The notes beneath the pieces were generated by a model. The model saw only the letters and a list, made by a program, of their open reading frames with translations, was not told where the DNA came from and ran no database searches. A DNA stretch of 8,802 nt from Octopus sinensis (Eukaryota): positions 1 to 8,802 of the forward strand of contig NW_021828306.1 of assembly GCF_006345805.1 (NCBI RefSeq), written 5' to 3'. Shown here piece after piece: positions 1-7,517 of the stretch (position 1 is its first letter; each line of letters opens with the position of its first letter). The translations under genes and the position numbers were made by a program.

Positions 1-1520
1 CCCACCATCATCATCGTTGTCATCATTATAACTATTATCATCATTATCTCCATCAACATCATCACCACCACGACCATCATCATCATCATCATCACTCCCA
101 CCACCATCATCATAATGTTCGTCGTCATCATCATCATCATCATCGACGCCATCATCGTCGTCACGATCATCATCGTCATCGTCATCCTCATCACCACCAC
201 CATCGTCATCATCGTCGTCTTCTTCGCCGTCGTCACCATTTTCGCCATCGTCACCATCATCATAAACAACAGCCTAGACATGATTATCATCACCACCACC
301 ACTATCACCACCACCAACAACAAACACTCCCCACCTCATCATCATCATCACAGTCATCGTCGTCGTCATCGTCGTTGTTGCCGCCGCCTCCGCCACCGTC
401 GTCGGCATCATCTCTGCAGCGCCAACACTGTCGTTGTTACAATTATCGTTGTCGTTTCTTTTTTTGTCCTTGTCTCCTCCATCTCCAACTTCCTCCATCT
501 CCATCCCCTCCTCCTCCTCCTCCTCCTGCTCCTCCGTTTTCATCATCATTATCATCATCATCATTGTTACCTCCATATCGACGTTATATATCTTTATTGA
601 AATCACATCCACCAAAACCACCACCACCACCACTACCACCACCACCACTACCACCACCATTACCAACACAATCACCACCACTACTACCACCACCACACCA
701 CCACCACTACTACCACCACAACCATCACCACAACTACCACCTTCACCACCACCACCACCACCACCACCACTACCACTGCAACAACGACCTCAGCGACTCA
801 ACCAGTCACTCTGCAACAACCACAGCTACACAAACACTGCACCCAAACCACAATCATCTCAACCACCAATGTAATTACTACAACCAATACAACATCACAG
901 GCGTCAACACACAACGCAACGCCGCTCTGAAAATCACATGCCCACTCCACTACCGCACTGAATACTACTTCTAATACCACCACTGCCATCACCACCATAA
1001 ATAGCAACTACATTCTCACCACCACTACTGCTATACCGCTTTCAACACTCATCATCATAAACACCATTACTACAACCATCAGTCCTACGGGCATAATTCC
1101 AGTCTCCGCCGCTACCATCACCACCACCATCACCACCACAACCAGTACTAATACTATTACCACAACCATCTCTATCAAAACCACCACCACCATGGCCTCT
1201 AGAACCACTAGAACCAGCACCTGTATCACCACAATCACCACCGCCACTACAACCACCACTACCACTACTACCATCTTCACAACCACCACCACCACCACCA
1301 CCATCGCAACCATCATCACCATCACAACCACCACCATCATCACAACCACCACCACCATCCCAACCACCACCATAACCACTACTACTACCATCATCACTAC
1401 CACCACCACCACCACAACCACCACCATCACTACCACCACCACCACCACCACCACTACTAGTATTAAAACTTCCTTCACCACAACCACAACCACAGCCCAA
1501 CCCCCAATAACAACCAGCAC
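1..1520. repeat. Long degenerate trinucleotide low-complexity tract (CAT/CGT/CTC in the first ~600 bp, then CAC/ACC/ACT/ACA)
   Basis: Directly visible runs of catcat, cgtcgt, ctcctc, caccac and actact with 3-nt periodicity. The + strand is G-poor, especially after ~600. All frames give homopolymeric peptides (poly-I/T/H/P/V/G). Confidence 0.95.
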
Positions 1521-1814
1521 TGTGCATACTCGACCAGCTGAAATTATATCCAGCTGTCTGAAAAACACAAAATAGTCTTGTATCTTACACCCGACAGGGC
1601 AGGATGGTCACATTTGGCAAGTCTTTCAGTATAGTTTTCTTATATCAGGATTGTCGCCAACGCAATCACCAACTACAGTGAATTCCATTTAGAGATATGG
1701 GGACACGATGAGAGTATGTTTCATGAAAAGACTGGAGGCTAAACAAAAACAATACAAAAAATGTAGAAAAAAAAGGGAGGGGGACCAGCAACCTCAACAA
1801 ACTGATGAACAACC

Positions 1815-1895
1815 TTTTTGGTGCCTTGTTTGACCTGCTAGAAAATGCAGCCAAAGGTTCCTCAAATCAGATTGTTAACGTCTTACAAAATGAAG
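1815..1895 (+). repeat. Degenerate fragment of an interspersed repeat (related copy at 7439-7485)
   Basis: gacctgctagaaaatgcagccaaa (1832-1855) resembles gaactgctaaagatagcagtcaaa (7439-7462). Both are followed shortly by gtctt(ac/g)aaaat. It also resembles the 3' part of an octopus retroposon family as I recall it (unverified). Confidence 0.45.
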
Positions 1896-1954
1896 AGCAT
1901 ACTGGAGATTTTTTTAGTTACTTATTATAGTTATTTCTTGTGGTCATAATCTTT

Positions 1955-2173
1955 GGTGATGGGATCCTTTTACTCTTTGATCTGCTTCGGGACAATGTTA
2001 GTTTCGGGCCTATTGAGAAAGAAATTGTGCTGTAGTGTATTTATGTATTGTGATCCAGAATTGGGTAGGGGACGTATGACCCGTGGTCCTAGCCTTGGAT
2101 GTATTTTGAAGCTAATGCTGAGGTCGTTTGGGCAATGCTGGTCGTATATTTTCCGCATTGTGGAAAAGATCAC
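1955..2173 (-). pseudogene. Decayed fragment of a non-LTR retrotransposon (LINE, CR1/L2-like group) ORF2 C-terminal region
   Basis: Minus-strand translation gives IFSTMRKIYDQHCPNDLSISFKIHPRLGPRVIRPLPNSGSQYINTLQHNFF. An alternative frame at 2016-1999 reads SIGPKL, and the main frame continues NIVPKQIKE*KDPIT. This fits the post-RT C-terminal pattern of such LINEs (..WKI....PN.....R.G.......GP.LFN.LP..I[KR]..). It has compensating frameshifts and an in-frame TAA (1970-1972). The family assignment is from recalled motifs. Confidence 0.7.
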
Positions 2174-2410
2174 AAAAGACAGAACAGTATTGTTTCTGCA
2201 ATATTAATGCCATTTCTTTAGCATCATGTAGAATGCCGTTAACATCGATCAATAGACCAACGGGTGAATCAGCGGTCCTATACATATCGCTCTTAGCTCC
2301 GAAATTTCAAACTCTGAGTCCTATAATGAAAACTTACTGGTTGTCCTATACTATACATATATACATTCCTCTATTTACCTAATATCGAGTTCTCATTCTT
2401 TCGTTGTCAT

Positions 2411-2434
2411 TTATTATTAATATTATTATTATTA

Positions 2435-2495
<61 letters not shown>
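2411..2495. repeat. (TTA)n/(AAT)n microsatellite, probably the 3' tail of the adjacent minus-strand retroelement
   Basis: Near-perfect ttattattat... of ~85 bp directly abutting gagtgagagagcag at 2496. Confidence 0.95.
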
Positions 2496-2586
2496 GAGTG
2501 AGAGAGCAGTCCATGCCATCAAAGTGACACTGGGGTTAAATATACGAAACACGTCTGATAAGGTACACCAGGCACATGCATCACAG
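2496..2586 (-). mobile_element. 5'-truncated retroposon (LINE/SINE) 3' end ending ...ctgctctctcactc-(ATA)n
   Basis: A ~90-bp complex-sequence island between (TTA)n and (TA)n. The minus strand reads tgtgatgcatgtgcctggtgtaccttatcagacg...ccccagtgtcactttgatggcatggactgctctctcactc followed by ataataat..., the typical layout of a TPRT-inserted 3' end with a simple-repeat tail. It resembles a common octopus repeat as I recall it. Confidence 0.6.
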
Positions 2587-2587
2587 C

Positions 2588-2722
2588 ATATATATATATA
2601 TATATATATATATGTACGTATGTGTGTATGGTGTTTATATATCTATACATGCATGTATGTATATTATCGCTCTCTATCCTCCTCTCTCTCTCTCTCGCTC
2701 TCTCCTCTATCTTATATATATA

Positions 2723-2790
<68 letters not shown>
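2588..2790. repeat. Compound microsatellite (TA)n / (TATG) / (TC)n / (TA)n
   Basis: (TA)n ~2588-2612, TC-rich ~2670-2710, long (TA)n ~2714-2790. Confidence 0.95.
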
Positions 2791-2791
<1 letters not shown>

Positions 2792-3153
2792 TCAAGATAA
2801 GGAAAATGGAGAAATACATCTAAATCAAATATCAATTACCAGATAATACTCAATCACATACTTTATTAACCCCCACATAAGAGACTGTAGAGCTAAACAT
2901 AAAAAAGCAGAACAAATCAGTGTACATAAAGGAATGTACATAAAAAAGTGTATATAAAAGAGTAATGTTGTATAATAAGTAGAATATAAATAAAAAAGAG
3001 AATATAAATATAAGTATAGATTACATCTTACAGCTGTTTCGGCCATGTAGATAAGTATGTCTCATTTTACCAATATTAGCCTATTATGGTAGGTCAATAT
3101 ATAGATATAAATGAGACATTTACAAAAATATCATAAGGCCTCCTCGGAGATAT
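2791..3153 (-). mobile_element. Penelope-like element (pseudo-LTR / short non-autonomous copy) embedded in (TA)n
   Basis: A complex AT-rich island flanked on both sides by TA-rich microsatellite. On the minus strand it starts with a type I hammerhead fold (3153-3023), followed by a T-rich body and an AATAAA (tttatt at 2862-2867). Hammerhead motifs in the terminal repeats are an established feature of Penelope-like elements. No ORF is present, so the assignment is an inference. Confidence 0.55.
3023..3153 (-). ncRNA. Type I hammerhead ribozyme-like motif with extended stem II
   Basis: Minus strand: stem I 5' arm AUAUCU (3153-3148), core CCGAGGA (3147-3141; consensus CUGANGA), stem II GGCC (3140-3137), 92-nt insert, GGCC (3044-3041), GAAA (3040-3037), C-AGCU-GUA (palindromic stem/loop III, predicted cleavage between 3029 and 3028), stem I 3' arm AGAUGU (3028-3023; 6 bp including one G-U). 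The insert contains a perfect 11-bp inverted repeat (3057-3067 / 3109-3119). There is one core deviation (U4->C). Confidence 0.7.
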
Positions 3154-3236
3154 ACATATACATATGAGTGCATATACTCACACTCCTATACATATACATA
3201 ATATGCATTTACAACCCCTATCTCTATTTGTATATT

Positions 3237-3246
3237 TATACATATA

Positions 3247-3314
<68 letters not shown>

Positions 3315-3378
3315 CGCGCGCGCAGGCTCACAAATACACATCACACAACACACACACTCACACACACAAACACACACT
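3237..3378. repeat. Compound microsatellite (TA)n-(TG)n-(CG)n followed by a CA-rich tract
   Basis: Uninterrupted alternating pyrimidine-purine run at 3237-3324, then cacacac... to ~3377. Confidence 0.95.
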
Positions 3379-3424
3379 AAATGACGGAATAAAAATGAAT
3401 GGAACTCTATACATTACAATTCTA

Positions 3425-3478
3425 CTTGGATCGGGCTTGACTCAGGGCTAAACGACAAAAACAACAACAACAACAATA
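3425..3478 (+). mobile_element. Possible retroposon 3' end with (ACA)n tail
   Basis: gatcgggcttgactcagggctaaac is followed by gacaaaaacaacaacaacaacaa. It resembles my recollection of an octopus repeat 3' terminus (..gacctggggctaaacaacaac). Short and unverified. Confidence 0.35.
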
Positions 3479-3904
3479 GCACTAAACGGCCAAGGAAACA
3501 GCAGGCAAACAGTCGACCAGCTGACCAATCATGTGATCATTCAACCGTATAATTCCAACCTGCTTCCCCGCCACCGCTCATGTCAACCCACTCGATTACA
3601 ATTACCCCCTCTGAACCAACTCTTCCGACACCTCCACCACCGCTGGTCTCATAACCACCACCACCACCGCCAACACCATGACCACCACTACTTAATAGTG
3701 CTCACCCCCAACATTCATGAACCTACTCCTTTACCCCCTTCCCCCTCTATACAGCATCATCATCCACCCATGCCGCGCCCCAGTTCTTCACAGTTCCACG
3801 TCACACTTACCCCCGTCGTTCGGGACTCTTCAACCCCCACTGCTGAGCACAAACCGCTTCACTATCCCACCCCAAAGCATCACCAACCTCCTATTAGGTT
3901 TATT

Positions 3905-4154
3905 ACACACACACACACGCAGTCATATACACACATATATGTCTTTATAATATGTGTGTATATATATATATATATATATGTTATATGTATATATTATTTG
4001 TGTATGCGTGTATAGGATTGTGAGAGTGTGTATACGCATGGATGTGTTCACAGAGAGGGAGAGAGAAAGTGAGAAACAGACAGTGAGTGACATATACATA
4101 CGCTCACACACAAGTGTATACTCTCTCTATCTCACTATATCTACCCTCTCTCTT

Positions 4155-4188
<34 letters not shown>

Positions 4189-4284
4189 CATGCGTATAAT
4201 TTATGTGTGTATATATATATATATATACCTATATATATAAAAGTATATATGTCTACGCATATATACGCTCATTAAATCTCTCTC

Positions 4285-4326
<42 letters not shown>

Positions 4327-4430
4327 TCGAACATGGCTATTATGCGCACATACACACACTCACACACTCACAGACATTGACACACACACACACACACGCA
4401 CGCAGCGCGCGCACACGAACGCGCACATAC
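3905..4430. repeat. Mosaic of (CA)n, (TA)n, (GA)n, (TC)n microsatellites and degenerate derivatives
   Basis: For example (CA)n 3905-3917, (TA)n ~3959-3978, ~4168-4187 and ~4290-4324, and (CA)n ~4380-4397. Confidence 0.9.
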
Positions 4431-4493
4431 ATTGTTGTTTCGGGGCTAATTATTATTGTGTTAAATCAATTCAACTCAGACAGTTCCCTATCC

Positions 4494-4496
<3 letters not shown>

Positions 4497-4544
<48 letters not shown>
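4497..4544. repeat. Perfect (TC)n microsatellite within a pyrimidine-rich tract extending to ~4630
   Basis: About 24 consecutive TC units. Confidence 0.97.
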
Positions 4545-4546
<2 letters not shown>

Positions 4547-4674
4547 TTCTCTCACGCTATTTATTTCTCCCTATTTTACTTGTCCCTCTGCCTCTTTCCT
4601 CCCACCCCTTCCCTTTCTGTCACCATTCCTTGTTAAACCACTTCACCGTAATATGTCTTCTCACTGTCACTGAC

Positions 4675-4935
4675 ACCCCCCCCCCACACACACACATACA
4701 CACATACATATTTAGGAACACAGGTAGATACAAACATACACAGACATCCACGGACACACACATATATGCATATACATAGAAGCGTATACACGTATATAAA
4801 CATACGCACCTCCACTCACACACACACACACAGGCATATGTAGAACCACACATACAAAATGTAAATATATATATATATACTTACATATACGCTCCCACAT
4901 ACACATATACAAACATACACGCATACAAAATCAGT

Positions 4936-4978
<43 letters not shown>

Positions 4979-5210
4979 TCATACACACGAACACAAATAC
5001 ACACACGTATAGATATATTCGTATAAATACAGGCAAAAACATACGCATATACAAACTTACACACACATATACAGAACCACACAAGTACACAAAAATATAC
5101 ACACACATACACACTCCCACATACATATATATATATACAAACATATACACATACAAAATTACATAAACACACTCAATCAAAAACACATACACAAGCATAC
5201 ACACACGCAC
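4675..5210. repeat. Degenerate (CA)/(CATA)/(TA) low-complexity tract containing a diverged ~225-230 bp internal duplication
   Basis: Non-microsatellite words recur in order: agaaccacac at 4842 and 5073, ctcccacatac at 4892 and 5114, each followed by ...tacaaacata...catacaaaat. Confidence 0.8.
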
Positions 5211-5221
5211 TTATATTGTTT

Positions 5222-5296
5222 TGTGTGTGTGTTTGCGTGTGTGTGTGTTTGCGTGTGTGTGTGTTTGCGTGTGTGTGTTTGCGTGTGTGTGTGTTT
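5222..5296. repeat. Higher-order (TG)n minisatellite, unit GCGTGTGTGTGTGTTT
   Basis: Units at 5235-5250, 5251-5266, 5267-5280 (14 nt) and 5281-5296. Confidence 0.9.
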
Positions 5297-5587
5297 TATA
5301 CGCATTTTAGCTCCCCGTTCCTTACTCCTCAAATCCAATCCCAGCAATCCTTCCCCCTCCACCCCACCCCTCCGTTTCTCACCCACACCCTCACCACCAC
5401 CCTATCACAGATCCACAGACTATTGTTCGGGCTGTTTTATGAGGTGGGGGTCAGTACTGAGGGGTCACTATTTGGTGTCAAAGCCCTTAAGAACAACGAT
5501 AAAGGCAACACAATTTGATGGCTAATATTTCAAAAAATATACATATAAACATAAATATAAAAAATAATTATAATAATAGAGAATGAA

Positions 5588-5630
5588 AGGGAGAGAGAGA
5601 GAGGGAGAGAGAGAGAAAGAGAGTGAGAAA
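5588..5630. repeat. Imperfect (GA)n microsatellite
   Basis: gggagagagagagagggagagagagagaaagagagtgagaaa. Confidence 0.9.
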
Positions 5631-5900
5631 CCCCTTCACACACAGGTACATACATACAGAGTTGTGCATACACAGTCACACACACATACACACAGGGAGA
5701 CCTACGCATTCACGTACACACACGAACAGTTGAAGCGAGCGACATGATTTTATCAACAAAGCGACAGTAACGCCATCTATTTGTTTCGCTGGACACAAAC
5801 GAAGATAGATCAATAAATAAATAAATAAATAAATAATGCGAATGGACAAACAAAATACCAAAGAATGCAAATAAATGTAACAACAACAAGGACAACAATA

Positions 5901-6104
5901 TTTTCTACTATTGGCCTGAAATTTGGGGGAGGGGGATAGTCGACCACATCGACCCAAGTGCGTAACTGGTACTTATCTAATCGACCTTGAAAGGATAAAA
6001 TGTAAAGTCGACCTAGGCGGAATTTGAAATCCGAACGAAACGACGGACGAAATGCCGCTAAGCATTTTGCCCAATGTGCTAATGATTCTGCCAGCTCACC
6101 TCTT
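5901..6104 (-). mobile_element. tRNA-derived SINE, family 1, copy 1 (tail type A)
   Basis: The minus strand begins aagaggtgagctggcagaatcattagcac (A-box-like TGGCAGAATCA) and has a degenerate B box (cggatttcaaattccgcc). A central ...tttatcctttcaaggtcgattagataagtaccag domain follows. It aligns by eye with five other copies in the window. Confidence 0.9.
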
Positions 6105-6112
6105 TAATAATA

Positions 6113-6303
6113 ATTTCTTCAGTTATAAGCACAAGACCTAAAATTTGAGGGGAGGGGTGTAATCGATTACATCGACTCCAGTGTTCAGCTGGTATATATT
6201 TTATCGCTCTCGAAGGATGAGAAGCAAAGTCGACCTTGGCGGAATTTGAACTCGGAACATTTTTTAATCTGCCGTGCTAAGGGTTCCATTAGCTTGCCGC
6301 CTT
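6113..6303 (-). mobile_element. tRNA-derived SINE, family 1, copy 2 (tail type A, deletion within the head)
   Basis: Shares cgattacatcgac..cagtg, gaaggatga, caaagtcgacct.ggcggaatttgaactc (B box GAGTTCAAATTCC on the minus strand) and the terminal agcttgccgcctt with the other copies. Confidence 0.88.
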
Positions 6304-6304
6304 T

Positions 6305-6463
6305 GTTTCAAATTTTGACAGAAAGCCAACAATTTTAGGGTAAGTGGAAAGTCGATCACATCAGTCGGAATTCGGCAGAATTTGAACTCAGAACTTAATG
6401 ACGGACGAAATGCTGCTGAGCATTTTGCCCGGGGTGCTAACGATTCTGCCAGCTCACCGTCTT
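6305..6463 (-). mobile_element. tRNA-derived SINE, family 1, copy 3 (tail type B, central domain deleted)
   Basis: Intact head gaatttgaactcagaac...gacggacgaaatgctgctgagcattttgcccggggtgctaacgattctgccagctcacc. The segment between ...gtcgatcacatc and agtcgg... that other copies have is missing. Confidence 0.88.
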
Positions 6464-6482
6464 TCTAGCAACAATAATATTT

Positions 6483-6712
6483 ATTTCTTTATTGCCCACA
6501 GGGGTCTAAACATAGAGGGGAAGAACATGGGCAGACAAAGGGCTTAATCGATTACATCGACTACAGTGTGAAACTGGTTGTTATTTTATCGACCTCGAAA
6601 GGATGAAAGGCAAAGTCCACCTCGGCGGAAATTGAACTCAGAAAGTAGCGACGCACGAAGTACTGCTAAGCATTTCATCCATCCAGTTAACGATTCTGAC
6701 AGCTTGCTGCCC
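6483..6712 (-). mobile_element. tRNA-derived SINE, family 1, copy 4 (tail type C)
   Basis: Full-length: atttctttattgcccacagggg.ctaaacatagagggg tail, cgaaaggatgaaaggcaaagtc central domain, and a head ending cgattctgacagcttgctgcc. Confidence 0.9.
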
Positions 6713-6719
6713 GCTGAAA

Positions 6720-6892
6720 GCTACACGTATTTTTGCATTCTCTCTCTGTTTATTTTCTCTTATTCCTTTCTGCTGAAGAGCGTAGGCTCGAAACGTAAAA
6801 GACATTCGTGTTTTTTCCGAGCGTCAAACTAATGCACTTGCTTGATGTTCACAGACATACCTTCGTCTTTTGCTTTCTTATAAATTTCAACT
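6720..6892 (+). mobile_element. Probable Penelope-like terminal-repeat fragment carrying a minimal hammerhead-like motif
   Basis: A ~170-bp T-rich segment unrelated to the flanking SINEs. It contains cttt-CTGCTGA-A-GAGC-GTAG-GCTC-GAAA-CGTA-aaag. The Penelope assignment is inferred from the motif. Confidence 0.5.
6766..6801 (+). ncRNA. Minimal type I hammerhead-like motif (degenerate core)
   Basis: Stem I CUUU (6766-6769) / AAAG (6798-6801). Core CUGCUGA (6770-6776; A6->C versus CUGANGA) plus an extra A. Stem II GAGC-GUAG-GCUC (6778-6789). GAAA (6790-6793). Palindromic ACGU stem III with a GUA triplet (6795-6797). An alternative register, CUGAAGA (6773-6779), has a consensus core but poor stems. 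Confidence 0.5.
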
Positions 6893-6907
6893 TAATAATA
6901 TTAATAT

Positions 6908-7113
6908 TGATTTCAAATTTTGGCTCAAGGCCAGCAATTTCGGGGTGGGTGTAAGACGATTGTATCGACCCCCATTACACGACTGGTACTTATCTTATTG
7001 ACCACGAAAGAGTACAAGGATAAATTCAACTTGAACTCAGATTTAATGACGGACGAAATGCCGCTAAGCAATTTTTGCCCGTGGTGCTAACGATTCTACC
7101 AGCTCACCGTCTT
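6908..7113 (-). mobile_element. tRNA-derived SINE, family 1, copy 5 (tail type B)
   Basis: gatttcaaattttggctcaaggccagcaattt tail like copy 3, actggtacttat central domain, and a head nearly identical to copy 3. Confidence 0.88.
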
Positions 7114-7132
7114 TCTAGCAATAATAATATTT

Positions 7133-7361
7133 ATTTCTTTATTGCTAACGGGAGCTAAACATAGAGGGGACAAACAAGGACAGACAAAAGGTTTAAGGCG
7201 ATTACATCGACTACAGTGCGAAACTGGTACTTATTTAATCGATCCCGAAAGGATGAAAAAGCCAATCCGACTTAGGAGGAATTTGAACTCAGAACGTAAG
7301 GGCAGACGAAATACCGCTAAGCATTTTGCCCGGCGTGCTAACGTTTCTGCCAGCTCGCCTT
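7133..7361 (-). mobile_element. tRNA-derived SINE, family 1, copy 6 (tail type C)
   Basis: Minus strand: aaggcgagcTGGCAGAAACGttagcacgccgggc (A box), then ctGAGTTCAAATTCC (B box), then ctttttcatcctttcgggatcgattaaataagtaccag, then a tail ending gcaataaagaaat. The central domain resembles the conserved central 'Meta'-type SINE domain as I recall it (unverified). Confidence 0.92.
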
Positions 7362-7517
7362 ATTACAATAATATTAACGAGAAAAACAACAACCTAATGA
7401 CCGTTAACAATCAAACGTCAGCTGAAACGTGGTCAGATGAACTGCTAAAGATAGCAGTCAAATATCCCTGTCTTGAAAATAGAACATGTTAAGATATGGA
7501 GGTCTTGATACACAATA

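Noticed and set aside
115-1575. Eight overlapping ORFs of 69-199 aa (poly-Ile/Val/Thr/Pro/His/Gly; mucin-, extensin- or glycine-rich-like)
   Set aside because: Frames on both strands are open simply because CAC/CAT/ACC repeats lack stop codons. There is no domain or splice evidence.
1802-1850. CTGATGA hammerhead core word
   Set aside because: There is no properly placed stem II closed by GAAA, no NUH triplet and no stem I complement.
1650-1930. Possible exon after ttttcttatatcag with protein-like pieces (IVANAITNYSEFHLEIWGHDES..., ...NLNKLMNNLFGALFDLLENAAKG...)
   Set aside because: The pieces lie in different frames with stops, I recognise no family, and part of the region matches a repeat fragment also seen at 7439-7485.
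2404-5525. Many ORFs rich in YI/CV/HT/LS dipeptides
   Set aside because: These are translations of (TA)n, (TG)n, (CA)n and (TC)n microsatellites.
5775-5835. Imperfect hairpin atctatttgttt...aaacgaagatagat followed by (AAAT)n, possibly a retroposon 3' end or terminator
   Set aside because: It is AT-rich, bulged and short, which is compatible with chance, and there is no other supporting feature.
5901-7361. tRNA genes or a CRISPR-like repeat-spacer array
   Set aside because: A/B boxes belong to SINE heads that do not form a cloverleaf. The repeats are ~160-230 bp diverged units with no constant short repeat or unique spacers, and the context is eukaryotic.
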